DNA from: the human T2T-CHM13v2.0 reference genome, Homo sapiens
Length of the DNA stretch: 64,000 bases
Assembly: GCF_009914755.1 (NCBI RefSeq)
Contig: NC_060938.1
Direction: 5' to 3' (one strand)
Part shown: one piece after another, positions 1 through 14,647 of the stretch
How positions within the stretch are numbered: position 1 is the stretch's first letter
Layout of the letters: the number at the start of each line of letters is the position of its first letter
Translations under genes and position numbers: made by a program
Notes under the pieces: model-generated
Database searches by the model: none
What the model saw: only the letters and a program-made list of their open reading frames with translations
Told to the model about the DNA's origin: nothing

Positions 1-430
1 TAAATGCACCTTCTCAGAGAAGCCTTCTCTGATCATCTCATTTAGTATCTTTCTACCCAACCAACTGCTCAGGACAAGAGTAGAGAAGTCACCTCAAAGA
101 GGCCTTCCTGGAACATTCTACAAAGTAGCCAGTCCTCAGTCCTCACTCCCTACCCCCAACTGCTTTTCATCGTATTACCCTGCCTTATTTTAGATAGGGT
201 TGACAGAACTCAACCCTATCTAAAATTATCTCATGTTCCTTAATTTGTGTATTGTCTATCAGATTTTCTCACCCCAAAGTAGACTGTAAACCATGTAAGG
301 CAGGACCCGTTCTGTCTTGTTTATCTTTTTATCCTCCACAATGAGGATCAGAATGAGCATCAGAATGTGACCACAGTGCCTGGTTGCCTTCTGATGCTCA
401 ATTAGCATTTGTGAAAGATGTGAATAGATA
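1..430. mobile_element. L2 3'-end relic(s)
   Basis: tctcagagaagccttctctga, agactgtaaaccatgtaaggcaggacc..gtcttgtt, cacagtgcctgg..atgctcaat. Confidence 0.6.
187..226. repeat. Perfect 17-bp inverted repeat with 6-nt loop
   Basis: ATTTTAGATAGGGTTGA-cagaac-TCAACCCTATCTAAAAT. Confidence 0.95.
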
Positions 431-3062
431 GTCTTGCAAAACCTTGGCAGAAGTGAGTAACAGTATTCTATTAATACCCTGGGAGGCTGAAGTAGAGGAT
501 GAGGCACGGAGAAAGAGGTGAGTAGTCCATCGTTGAACTTGTTATATGTGGCAGTCTCAATGGTATGTTTGCTTATTAAATCCTGATAAATATTGGTGGC
601 ATTTTTAGTAGGTTTTAACTAGAAGCAGGGGCTCCTGGAGGGTGCTCAGGCTGAATAGCTGGGTCACTTGTCTTTCTCACACCTCCCTGGGAGACTTCTC
701 TGTAGAAGACTTCAAGAAAAATCCCTGCACCTTCCACACCTGTTGTAGGAGGTATGGCAGCTATTCCTGAGCCTTAAGTACTCCAGTAAGAATGAAATGA
801 ACTATTTGAGGTGTTCTGCCAAACGGGCTCTAAAAATAATTATGATTTAAAATGTTTTTTTTTTCCAGTGAATATGAACGCTTTAAAACTAAGTTTGTAA
901 AAACAAAACAAAACAAACAAAACACCTCCTCAATCTCTGTTGGGTTAGACACCCAAAGAAAGCAACCAGAAGCTGAAATTTTGTGGACAGAACATAAAAC
1001 GCCTTTTTCCTACTTCTCTGTCCTCCTCTTCTTCCTTCAGTCCTGTTCTTTTTCCTTATCATCCCTGCTTTTACTTGCCTGATCTGTTTTGTCTGGGGAG
1101 GATGCCTAATACAATGTGTGATGCTATGGGCTTAGTGAAATGCTTGTCACAGCTCAGCTAGCCTAGCCAAAGGGGCTGGTGGAAGCAAAGGTAAGTTTTC
1201 TTTTTTGACATATCTTTGGTTTCCTTCAAATCTAACACAGTCCATCATTTTGAGCATTTATTAACCATATCATTTAGATGTATAATTATAGGCATCTTTC
1301 ACTACGCCTTTCTAAAGAGGGTAATTTTCATATATTTTATGCATTGTAGAAATTTTGGTTCATGTGAAACATAGTTTGAAGGGAAATCAAGTTACTGTTT
1401 CATTTACCTCTTTGAATAAATAGAAAGATGTTCAGGTAAAACCAAGTGATTATGATACAGATCTCACCCCCTCCCTCCCCAACCTCCACCCAAGCAAAAG
1501 TTTCCAATGGTTCCCCATACACTTTTGGAAACAGAGCTTTGTGGCATATGGAAGGAATTTCTACCCCCTGCGTATGAGCAAACCCATCTGGTTTAGTTGG
1601 TTTGGCCAGGTCTTAGAAATACATTGACAAACACGTGTATGTCAGGGGTAACTTGTAGTCTTGCTGCTTATATTGCTCCTGGGGGGAATAAGAAATTCAT
1701 GTAATATGAACAGTCTAGTTTTTAAGAAAACTGAAATAAATTAAAAATAATTAAAATCCAAAGTTCACCTTATGAAGGTGTGTGCCTTTAATAATGCTCA
1801 AATATAGATTTTTAACATACACTCTGATTTTCTGTCTGCCAAAAGAGGGAAAAATCTGATAATAGCTGAGTGTCATCTTCCTCCAAGCAATCAGCAATGC
1901 ATTATTTCCTAATATTGCTGTTTGATTTCATTATTGGTTCTGGCTTCTTAAAGAAATAAGGGTTCCATAGGGTTACTGTAGGATAGGTCAAGAAAAACAA
2001 TCTAGTCAGTGTATTTCATCCATGATATCTTATTCCGTATTCCCCATTCAACAGAGAATTAGGCCATCTTCTGTGAAGCAAAGCCTTACCTCAAAGAGAT
2101 GGTGCTAAATGAGTTTTCAATGAGGATAGCTTGTGTGAGCATTTGGGTGGTATTATTACCCAAGGGATTCATTAAAGGCTCTCTGTTCTACAATAGTAAA
2201 CAATTAAACACTCTATTTTTACAAAGTTCTGCATCCCAGAAATCTTTTGCATCTTTATTCCAGGCATGAGTGTCATTACCTGGGAAATTCAACTGAGGAG
2301 TGTTAGGTAATTTATTAACATTCTCTACTTAGATCCAGCAGTGATAGTTTAAGCAGCCTCAAGAGAATCAAAGGATTTTTTTTTGTGATCAATATTTATT
2401 ACTTAAACTATAAAAGAGGGAAAAATACATGTAATACATACAACTAATATGTACCCAGTTGCAGATCATAACTTTCCTAGTTATTAAAAATGCAGGAAAG
2501 TTAATGGTTTTGAGACGTTTCTTAAGTTCTCACTAGTTTCATTTTAAATTTCAGTGTTTTCTTCTTTTTGTCTGAACCATCCTTTACTTACGTGAATCAC
2601 TCTTTACATTCATTGCTTCACTGATGCTACTTCACTGGGTTTTTGCTTGAATAGGCCAGAAAAAGTCATCCCTAGACTACATCATCAAGAACAGTTTTGT
2701 ATATTTCAACCTTCAGCTTGTGTCTGCATCTTGCATTACTTATCAATTCACTTTTATGCCTGGGCTACTTATTAGGTTTGTTTCTCCTCTCTCTTTGCCT
2801 TGATTTCCCGCTGAGTGTAAACATCACTTTTCCTCTGTAGAATGAGTTGACCTTTTGACTTGATTAAGGATAAATGCCATTGACTCTCCACTTCTGGAGG
2901 CCAAGGGTTTTACAAAATCCCACTGGGACTTATTTATTTATTGTTTGAAAATGAATATCAAATACTATTCCATATCATTTTAATGAGATGGATGTGAATC
3001 TTTTTTTTTCTACTTTAAGAATAATAAGAATTGTTACTGTTGGAGGTATCAAATGTAACTAA

Positions 3063-3385
<323 letters not shown>

Positions 3386-5862
3386 TGGTTTTTTTTTTTT
3401 TTTTTTTTTTTACATTTTTATTCATTGGCCATCACATTCCAAAGTTTTACAGTCAAATGGACAGTTAAATATTTGTGTTTGAATCTGACCACTGTGAATA
3501 TCTCAAGGATACCATAAGAGCTGATGGACCTCCAAACGTTAGCATCACTGGACTGAGAGAAAGCTCGTTTTATATCTCTATAGGTACTGTCATACCAATG
3601 AAGCAATGTTCCCAAACTACTATGTTTGTGTTAGTCATTTTCCGCTTATCTTGTCCCCAATCATAAAAATTAAGCGATGTACAAAAATTGCCTAAAGAAC
3701 AGATGCCACCTTATAGAAGATGTTTTAAATAGCCCGTACTTGTAGCAGTTCTGCCTTCATAGCTAATATTCTCCACGTCTTTCTTCACTTTTTTCTTTCT
3801 TATTGAAGCATTTGCATGTAGAATAAAGAGGATAAAAACATAAAAAAACAAAGACAGATTTGTTTTTTCTGAGAACATCTGTTCTTGTTATAAAGAATCC
3901 ACATGATGTGGTCCATTTTCTTTCAATGCCCTCACTGTTGGCTGTTGTGATGGCAACTGTTACATCAATCTTAGACCTGAACTTAATAAGATAATGAAGA
4001 GTAGTATCTAATCAGTTGAAAATACAGGGAAATTCTGTTGTAATACATACATTTTATGTAATATTGAGACAAACATACAAAGCAAGATAAGCTGAGATGT
4101 AATCTAAAATGGTTTATTGTAGAATTACTTTATTCCTAAGATTCATTGCTCTCATGGCATCACTACCTAATTTTGAGTGCATTTGGTCCTTTAGGTTTCC
4201 TTACTAAATGTTCAAGATTCTTGTAAATTTGGGTTGCCCTTGAGCTTTGGGTGCATTCTGAAAATTATTAAATATAAGTCATTTGCTGTGTACATTGTAA
4301 TTAAAAGAAAATTTTTCACTTTGAAACTCTGTTTATTTTTCAAGAGGAGAGTTCCTCCAAACTTGAACTACTACCATAGCTCTTATAACCAGCAGAAAAT
4401 AGGAATACTAATTACTCAAAATTAAAAGGTGTAGTTTGAAATTACCTAGAGATTTATATTCCCCTGTATAAAATGTCTTCAGTCTTGGAGAGGAGGGAGG
4501 AGTGTAGCTAGTGACAGTTACATAATAAAGCTTTCAAAATTACTTAGATAAAATATATTGACTCTAATTGATGGTTACCATAGAAACAGACTTATATAGA
4601 CATTGATTATTCAAGCACTCATTAAAGCTCCTACTATGTACTTGGCCCTGTGCTCAGTATATGTTGGAGCCAAGTATATGGTTTTCCAAACTATTTCACA
4701 TATATCCATAGGGATATATTAGCCACTTATATGTTATATCATTTTATTTCCTAGTCATTTTCAGGAATGGGGCTTTCCACATATAGATTGACTAATCCAA
4801 AAATATTTAATCAGCGTCTTTCTTCATGAGCTCAGCTATCCTCCTACAAAGAGCAAACTTGGTCTGTCTTCTGCTTCTATGTAATCTTCTTTGTCTTTTA
4901 AATTTGCATTTCAGATCAATAACGATATACATCCTAAAAGAATGTGATATTTTCTTCCTTTATTAACTGGATCATTTTAATGCCTCTTTGTCTCTCTTGC
5001 CATCTTTTTCCCCTAAGTACAATTCCTGTTACCCCTGATTCTTTATAGGGTTCACTTGAACCTTAGCTTGAGCATCTGGAGCATGGATCTCTTGAGACAA
5101 CTTGGTTTATTCCTCTATTTAGTGGCACTTTATATTAGTCATGCTTTTGTCCTGAAAAGTTTCAGTTTTGGAACTTTACATCATTTCAGTTTTTAGGTAT
5201 TTGGATCCTTTTGGAGGATGATGAACAATGGGAAAATTCTGGGGGCCCTCACATTCCCTTCAGGAGCATTATTTATGATGGGGTTTAAAACTTGACAGTA
5301 TTACTATTGTAATGCTTACTATTGTGATTTCTATGGTCGTGAATCCTAGTAGGACCCTGTGTTAATGGAAATGTCAAGTTAAGGCATATGTGTTGCAAAG
5401 TTCTTTTCTCGTCCTATTGGTGGATACTCTCTAAAAGCCAGACTGGTGTATCATGCCAAATGGCCAAATTATTCTATAGAAAAAATACTATGGTAAATTT
5501 CCTATATCTTAAAGGAATTCGTCTGGATTCTAAAACTTTGAGAGATTAATGACTGCTAACTACAGCTTCCTGTAAATGATTGCTTACTGCCATTGGCATT
5601 TGAAAACCTTATATCTAAGATAAAAGAAGGCACTATTTTTTTCATTACTGTACCATTATCCTTTATGTTTGAATTGAGACTTTTGCATTTGGGGACTCCT
5701 ACAGAGAATCCACTGGATCAGTAAAATTCGAATGGACTTTGGGTGGAATATAATTCCTTGAATGCTGCTGGGTCATGTGCACCAGTGTGGTTTTGACAAC
5801 CCTGATGCATGAGCACTACTTTCAGAATTGATTCTAACTTTGGCACTTACTACCATCCTTAG

Positions 5863-5982
5863 GCAAAGGACCAGAGACCTTGTATGCAGGGCAGAAGCTC
5901 AATGACAACGAGTGGCACACCGTTCGGGTGGTGCGGAGAGGAAAAAGCCTTAAGTTAACCGTGGATGATGATGTGGCTGAGG
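5863..5982 (+). CDS. NRXN3: NRXN3 alpha coding exon, LNS4 (exon following alternative splice site 3)
   Basis: ccatccttAG acceptor (5861-62) and G|gtgagt donor (5983). 120 nt, phase 1/1. Translates (G)[39 protein letters not shown](G), recognisable neurexin-3 LNS4. Joins in frame to 14648. Confidence 0.97.
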
Positions 5983-6918
5983 GTGAGTATGACTATGGTG
6001 AAATTCGTCTGTCTTTTCTCTCAGTCCTCTCAGTCACTGAGTGAGCAAACAGTGTTTTGCAAAACCTTTTATTTTGCATAGTAGAAGTCACAAATCATGT
6101 TTTCTGTTGACAAACTCAGGCAAGGCTAAGAAGGTCTTCCTCTGTATTTTACAATACCTTTTCATCAATGTGCGTTATGGAAATTACCTACTAACTATAA
6201 CTACATATTTATGGGTCTCTCTCCTTAGGCGTAGAGTATGTGTCTGGAGAACAGATGTAGGGTTCTACAGATCCTTTTATTATTCAATCATTCAAAAATC
6301 ACATGTCAATCATCCTCCCATATGCCAGTTCCTTCCATCAGTGAGTGAATCACTCTCTAGTAGAAGAGATGGGCAAACCAGAAATTCAGAACATTACAGG
6401 TAAAAGTAAGTACTAAAACAGTGCATGATACTTAGAAGGTGCTGAATAAGGTTTGGTTTAATTAATTACTTATTTAATCATTATTAATTATCTATTCTGC
6501 ACTACACACCATTTTACAAGGCACTGATAATACAGTGGTGAACAAACAAGCAAATCTTTGGCCTGGTGGGATTTACATTTAGAATGTGGAAAGAAACATT
6601 CAGAGCTCCACACAATCAATAAGTATTTCCTAAGAGTCTGTTCTATGTCAGCAGTATGCTAGAATTGCAGAAGATAAAATGGAAACAGATGAGATTACCT
6701 GTTTCCTCAAATAATGAACCAATTAAGCAGATCAGATAGGACTCTGGTATTTGAAAACAGGACCAAAATATATAATGAGATTCTAATTTTGATGGGTGAG
6801 ATTACAATTTGTCAATCAGAAGAGAGAATTACCCATTTGGGCTGGAGAAATCAGGAGTGGTTTATAAACGTAGATCTTCAGACTGAATTTGATGGTGGAT
6901 GTAATTTATGAAGGCTGA

Positions 6919-7277
<359 letters not shown>

Positions 7278-8497
7278 TTACATGCTATATCTTATAAGTC
7301 TTCCCTCTCTGATATTCTAGAGCAGGACACATCTATGAAGCAGAATTCTTATCCATATGGGAAAGAAGATTTGGGGCAGCATGGGGTATTACATGAAACA
7401 CTGTTGCCATCAGATCTGGGCCCTGACGTTAACTTGCAGGACGTTAGGAAAGTTAACATTCCTGGGCCTTGTCAAATGCAGTCAGTGGCCTAAGCCATCT
7501 CCATGGTTTCTTCTGTGAATAAGACAGTCAGTAGCCCTGGGGGTCTAATATAATCATTGCCACTAAAATATTTTATGCCTTTGAGATAGATATACTAAAC
7601 CTCTTTTTCCTAATTTCCTCATTTTTAAAATTGATATTCTATTATTTCTATGGCCTTTCCAGCATGAATATTCTGTAATTTGGGGTCTTATAATTTAATT
7701 TTATATTCATGAGCCTGAGTTTCTATACTTCTGGAATCAGGAAATATAGTAAGATATGTACGTGCATGTACAGGTGTGTGTGTGTAGAGAAGGATAGCCT
7801 GTGGATTAAGGAAGAGCGTCTAGGCACATATCCAGTGCCCAGTAGGCATTAGAAACTGTTAGCTGTGTTAAGCATATCAGCTCCTTTAATCTTCTATCAT
7901 TCACTATAGCCTTTAAAGGTAAGTGTTCTTAATGCCATTTAAAGGAAGCATAAAACTTTGAGAGCGTTGTATAATTAAGCTCCAAATCCATGTCAGTGTG
8001 ATTCCACAAAATCATTCTGCTTGCTGTACTTCAAAATCCATCATAAGAAAATAATTTATCTTACAATATGGGAAAAATATAATGGAATGGGTTGGAGTGA
8101 GGTAGGGAATGCATTAGCTTATTAAAGTCTCCTAAGAAACTTACAGGAGGTAGGCCACAACACTTGACCTCTCCCTCACAAAAACAAAGACAAACAGAAC
8201 CACCACAACAATTACCCAAAACACTTCGATTACACATAGACATAACTCAGAAGCGGGAGGTGAAGTTCCTGGTCTACGTGCCTGGAGCATAAATTTGCAT
8301 TCTGAAATGAACATTTTAAAAGAGATGTACAAATGGTTACACTATTTAGCGCCCGCAGCCAACCTGAATTAATTATTCAAGAACTGTATGAACTGTTGGT
8401 GCATCTGGATCCTGCAAAGGATAAGTCACACATCTGTTGCTCACTCCTCTGGGCTTGTCTCTGAAGGGTGATGGGATTCACAGCCGCTTCTGAAAAG

Positions 8498-8516
8498 CAG
8501 CCACTAGATGGCGACC
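8498..8516 (+). promoter_or_regulatory. CTCF core motif
   Basis: CAG-CCACTAGATGGCGA-CC closely matches the CTCF consensus CCAC/GYAGRKGGCRS. Lies in non-repetitive sequence with retained CpGs. Confidence 0.65.
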
Positions 8517-10179
8517 TCACCCTGATCTCTCCTGACAGTGAGTTCGTTTCATTTTCCCTGGAAAATAAATGCTCCAAAAGTATAGTCATAAAGAACTACA
8601 GAGCTGAGGGTACTATAATGTGTCTCTCTCAGTCATTATTCTTTTATGAAAACTTTGGAATAAAGCTATTTGTAAATTGCACTTTCTTTTACCACTAATA
8701 ATTAAAAAGCAGGGCCAAGTCACGAAATGCCATTATCCAGTAATTTGATTTTTTGAAATTAATGAAACGCTTTCATTTTCAGACGTGTCCCCCCAACCCC
8801 CCGAACTTCACTGCTGATGGAAGAAAGCAGCCAGAAGGATAAAGAAATTTGAGAGGGGAAAAGTGCTGTTTTGCTTATGAGTTACAATCTTGGGTTGCTT
8901 TTTATAGTGATAAGGGGTTGGGAAATTTTAATTTTAGTTCACAGAAGTCATAAAATCAGGCAATGAAACTAAAATACCCACAGTCCTCAAGTTATTAAGT
9001 AGTATCTCATTGGCTTATTTAGTAATCCCTTTAATGTTCTTTAAGGCCCCCCTAGTGTGTCCAATTTCAGCTAGTTTATAGAAATGATGTAAAGAATAGG
9101 TCTGGCTCACAAGAAATCAAAAGCAAGGATAGAAATATTCCTCAACCTTGTGTTTATCATTTATTGTAATGTGATTGTGTTCTTGGAAAAGCATTAAGTT
9201 CGGGTGACAGTTAATAATAATTGATTGATCTATGTTTCTATTATTAAGAATACATTACTATACCAAGCATAACTTGAGTTATACTCCTCAGAATTGGGGC
9301 CTAATGCTGCATGAACTGCCTCCTCTGCCTAGAACTTCTTGCTAGTACAAAAACTTGCCCTTGCTAGTAGAAAAATTTGACTACACTGGTTCTTGTTGAC
9401 TTTTCCTGTCCTTACCTACATAGCATGTATAGCACCAAGCTGTAAAAAGTCATTTTGCAAAATTTTCCATTTAAAATGTATTTCTCATAGTAATTTTTAA
9501 AAACTTGATAAAATAGGATTGAGGAGTGTGCGGTCAAACAAAATGAAATGGAGTTCTTTATTGCCAGGCTTATTAGGAGACTTTAATAAGCTAATGTACA
9601 TTGCAAATCATTGATAAGTATGCAGTATTTGCTAATTTTTTTTTTTTTTTTTTGGTTCCAGAAACTTTTTTTACTGAAGTATTTTATACCACATACTTAC
9701 ACACTTTTAAAAAATGCTGACATTATGGAGAAAAGGATTTGGGACCAGTAGAGCTAGGGAATTATGGGCAAAATATGAAGATTCTTGACTGGTACTCTGT
9801 AAGCCTTCGTTTTCTTAACTTCTCTCCCCACGTCTAAGGGCCATGAAAGGTCAATTTGCTTCCTCTCAGCGTTTCCCATTATTATTCTTTTTTGCTGAGC
9901 TCTTAGTTTTGACCAGGAACCTCATGTGTGGAAATGGTGAGGACCCAAACCTTGACCCCAAAGCAAATGTCTCAAATACAAGCCCCTCCCCCCAGAAGTT
10001 AGGAATGCTGGCTGTGCTCAGACCCCTCTGGTAGCCACTGGGGGACATATAGAAGACACAAGAGGTGGCCTCTACTTAAAAAGAGCCCACATTCTCACAC
10101 AAAAAAAGAGAAAAACAGTAAGTGAAATGACCACAACATGATTCAATCATTTCGGAGGAAGGGAGAGAAATGAATGCAG

Positions 10180-10410
10180 CATAATTAGTAATAGCGCACG
10201 GTTTAAGCCATAGGCACTCTATTAAAAACTTTACGTGTGTTGATACGTTTAACCCTGCTAACTTCATATCCGTTTTACAGATGGGGATCTGAGGCATAGA
10301 AAAATTCAGTAACTCCCCCAAGGTAACCCAGTGAAGAAGTCTTGGAAGCAGAATGCAAAGTCAGGCAGTACAGCCCTGGACTCTCCATGCTCATCCACTA
10401 TATGCTATTG
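10180..10410. mobile_element. MIR
   Basis: MIR core atccgttttacagatggggatctgaggcatagaaa...cccaaggtaaccca. Confidence 0.7.
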
Positions 10411-11291
10411 CTTCATAGGAATAGGAAGCTACAGCTTGAACCTGGCCAGAATTTTCCATAACTATATGTCCTTCGTCACTCTAAGAGCTGGTTTGTAGAC
10501 TGCTTGTTGGCCATCAGTGCAATATGGAAGTGAATGTGTGACAAGGAGGCAAGGCAACAATGCTGCTTTAGGGAGGGTGCTGGATATATTACCCATGAAT
10601 TAGATGGAGTGACATTCTGATACTGGGCCATAGGGAAGAAGTACAAACTCCTTAGAACAGCTTCTACATGGAAATTTCACCAGTTAAATTCTACCTACTG
10701 CTTTTCTTGGGCAATGATGTGAGGAATAAGTAAAACCTTTTTTCCAAAGACAGTTCATTGTACTAGTAAAGATATGGGCTTTGGAATTAGCACACCTGAG
10801 TTCAATGTAGGGGTCTACCATTTACCACCTGCATGAATCTTGATCAAACTGCTTAACCTCTGCAAGCTAAATGTCCTAACCTCTAAAGCAAGAGAAAGAT
10901 ACTTCTCTACAATTTTATTGTGATAATGACATTTCATAGTGATTATGCAGTATTTAGCACAGTGCTTGCCTTATATGGAATTTTCAGTAGTCTTGGTTTT
11001 GGCTTGTTATCTTTCTCCCCAGTTACTTCTCTTTCCCCTGAAGTTTGAAAGAAGCGGCTGTGAGGTATGAATATATTTGCCCCTTAAGTAGAAAGGAGGT
11101 TCAGTTTGCAGACAGCATTCAGAGGAGATGAGTGAAAGGTTTCCATCACTACTATTGATTAAATGACACATAGATTAAAAAAAAAATATTTGGTTGGTTT
11201 GGCACAGGTTTCAAACTTTCAGCATCTCTCATGCTTTGCACAGGTGCAATAATATACTTATTTTTTGAAGTCTTCATCAACAAAGGAGTAA

Positions 11292-11596
<305 letters not shown>

Positions 11597-12410
11597 GCCA
11601 ATTCCTTTTCTAATTTGATCTCACATGGCCTTCTCCCCCTCCCCTCACCAACTTTTAGTTGAGGCTCCTGTGTGAGTCATCCTGAACTCCCAGTTTGTGT
11701 TCCTGGGCTAAGCTCCTAAATCCACTATTAACTTCACTTCTTGTACTTATCCACATCCACGCTCAGTCTCTCTGCTATCTCAATAAACACTTTTTTTTTT
11801 GCTATGAAAAATTAATTTTCTAGTGAGCAGAATATCCCAACCCCTCAATCCTGGAGATCAATTCATCCAGAATTTCTCTGAAAGTTCTCAACTTGACTTT
11901 AAAATTGTTTCTTCAGATTCCTTTTGGAACCTCAATCTTCACCAGAGATTCCCCATTCTGACTTCTTAGTTCTCATCTTAGATTTTTTCTTTGTAAAATA
12001 AGAATTAGCATGACTAGCAGCATCATCATAGTTCAGTTTCTCTGTTTCTGTGGATATTGACTATGACTCCCCCTCCCCATCATTTTCCAGCCCAGCTCCC
12101 CTTCCTGGTAGGAGTAGCTATAGCCAATTTGACAGTAGATGTTTCTTTCAGTCACTTTATTAATTTAGAGCATGCAAATTTAGATTATGTTGCTTTGTAT
12201 TTTCACAGCCTGTCTGATTTTTAACACTAAGCAATTTTATTTCCTAGTTATTTGTTAGCAGATTTATGTTGCATTTTGATTTTTATATTTAAGTTAACCA
12301 ACATCTTTTTTTCTTATACTAAGAGAGTGATTTGTCACTAGTTGTCAAAACACTGCATAGAAGCTCATAACATGTAAATCTAATTTTTGTGCTTATAGGG
12401 AATATAAGAA

Positions 12411-12691
12411 ATTTTATTTTTATTTTTTTAGAGACAGCATCTCGCTGTGTTACCTAGGCTGGAGTGCAGCCTCAAACTCCTGGGCTCCAGTGATCCTCCT
12501 ACCTTAGCCTCCTGAATAGTTAGCACTATAGGTACATACCTCTATGCCTGGCTAATATTTTTTTTTTAATTTGTAGAGACTGGGTCTTGCTATATTGCCC
12601 AGGCTGGTCTTGAACTCCTAGCCTCAAGTAATCTTTCTGTCTCGGCCTCCCAAAGTGCTGGGATTACAGGCATGAGCCACTGTCTCCAGCC
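12411..12691 (-). mobile_element. AluJ with an internal deletion in the right arm
   Basis: J-type cctcaaactcctgggctc...gatcctcct. About 20 nt missing between two TGCAG copies. Confidence 0.9.
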
Positions 12692-13844
12692 AATTCTTTA
12701 AATTAGGTCTGAGTTTTTTCCCAAAGAGATAAAACCAATATTGAGCACTTAAGGGTATGATCTGGTTTAGTCTCCCAGATACTGAAGTTTAAGAGACCTA
12801 AGAAAATACAATCCTCCCTTTTTTTGTCACTGTAATTCTGAGCCAATAGAGAAAATATTGCAATGAGGATGGAAGGCAAATATCATTTTAATTAGTAATA
12901 ACACACAATAATATTGCTTACACCCACTGAACTTCAGAATTAGACAGAACTGCCCACTTGAATAGTAGTTCAGAACTGGGCAGACATCCTTTGTGGAAGC
13001 AAGGCTTGCTCCTGTAACACCCATTCTATGGATGCATGCAGTAGAATGGACATTTCTGAAGGCAGCTTGCTCCAGCAAAGAGAAACAGGAGGTGTTAGGG
13101 GCTGAGCTAAGCATACACAGCTTCTCTTTGCAGATCATCCTTAATATTTCTGATTATGTCACTTCTTCAGGAAAGTTGTTAAAGAGGAAATAAAGAGATG
13201 CTATCAGTCTTGCTAATGGAGTTTTTTCAATGTAGAAGGTAACAAGAGAGGACAGGAAGAAAGAATTCCCCCTCTAATGCTTGGCAGTAGAACATGGTTT
13301 GTTATGTTTTAACATGATTTTTCTATATAAATGTTGAGGAAGCCAATTTCTACTCTGGCCACATTAATGATGTTTTTCTTTATTTTGTTATTAAAATTTC
13401 CAGTCTCTTTGTATTTTTTTTTCAAGCCCTCCTTATCCCCTCTGCCCTAGTCACTCACCACTTCTAGGTAAAATAGGTAATACAAGTTCTAAATAGTTCA
13501 TTTGTAACAGCTGAAGATATTTCCGTTGTGAATGTCAGAAACCCAACTCAAACGCTTTAAGCATGAAAGGGAGTCTATTGCCACACAGTTTGAAAAAGCC
13601 GGGAGGTGCCTGGCTTGATCCAGAGTCTCAAAGGACAGCACAGATGATTCTCTTCATTTGGTAATTGTCTTCTGGGTTGCTAGTCCTCTGATCCCTCTGA
13701 TTTTCTTATAGCCTCTAGGGACTCAAAGCTTTCTTCTTACCCCTCCAGCAGTCCTTGCTTGCAAAGAATCCTCTTTCCTAAGTGTACCAGCAAGAGCTCT
13801 GGAACTGAGTGTGGCCGGGATGGCTTGGGTTGTTGCCAGTTCTA

Positions 13845-13995
13845 AGGGTGGTCCCTAAATCAGCCACAAGAGCATCACTGTGAAACTTGTTAGAAATGCA
13901 GATTCTCAGGCCTCACCCCAGACTTTTGAATTCTAAACTCTGAGGGCCTAAGCCCCCCAGGTGATTCTGATACACCCTAAAGTGTAATGACCGCT
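13845..13995. mobile_element. MER5A-like hAT MITE
   Basis: gaaacttgttagaaatgcagattctcaggcctcaccccagac...caggtgattctgatac. Confidence 0.75.
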
Positions 13996-14647
13996 TTTTA
14001 AGTCTGTAGTCCAAAGTCTGTGACAGTTAGGGGGGTAAAGTACATTGAGTGGTCTAGGCTGAGTAGCTTGATTAGGGTCAACTTTATCCAGTCCAGGTGG
14101 TTGAAAGGTCAAGAGGGGTGGGTAGCTTCCTAAAGAAAAATTACGTGTTATTATAAGATAAAGTAACAGTTGCTGGGCAGGTAAACTCAACTGATAAGTC
14201 TATAATAGAATCCTTCCCACGAGTACTAAGTGGAGAGTTATTACGAGAAAAAATACTTGGTAGTGATGCCCAAGACTTGTGTGTTGTGTCTTTACAAGGG
14301 TCAGAGCAACAAAGGCCTTTCTTCTTATAGTGTGTATTAGTGTCCAGTGATTCTCCTGAATGGAGAATATCAATAGTTTTATCCTTTAGCCTGGGTTACT
14401 CATGACCTCATATTTCCCCTTATATGATGAGCCGTGCTGAGCAGCTGCGTGACAGCATGTAATTTGGGCAATGCCTGATTGAGGCCAAGTAAGGTATCTA
14501 CCATATTGAATATTTGGTTTTCTTGAACTCACCCAAGAAAGCTGAATATTCTGTGTGGAAACAGGTTACACCCAAAAAATATACTTGAGGGTGCTGTGAT
14601 AAATGATGGTAACTTTTCTGTTTGTACCTCATTTACAATTTTCACAG

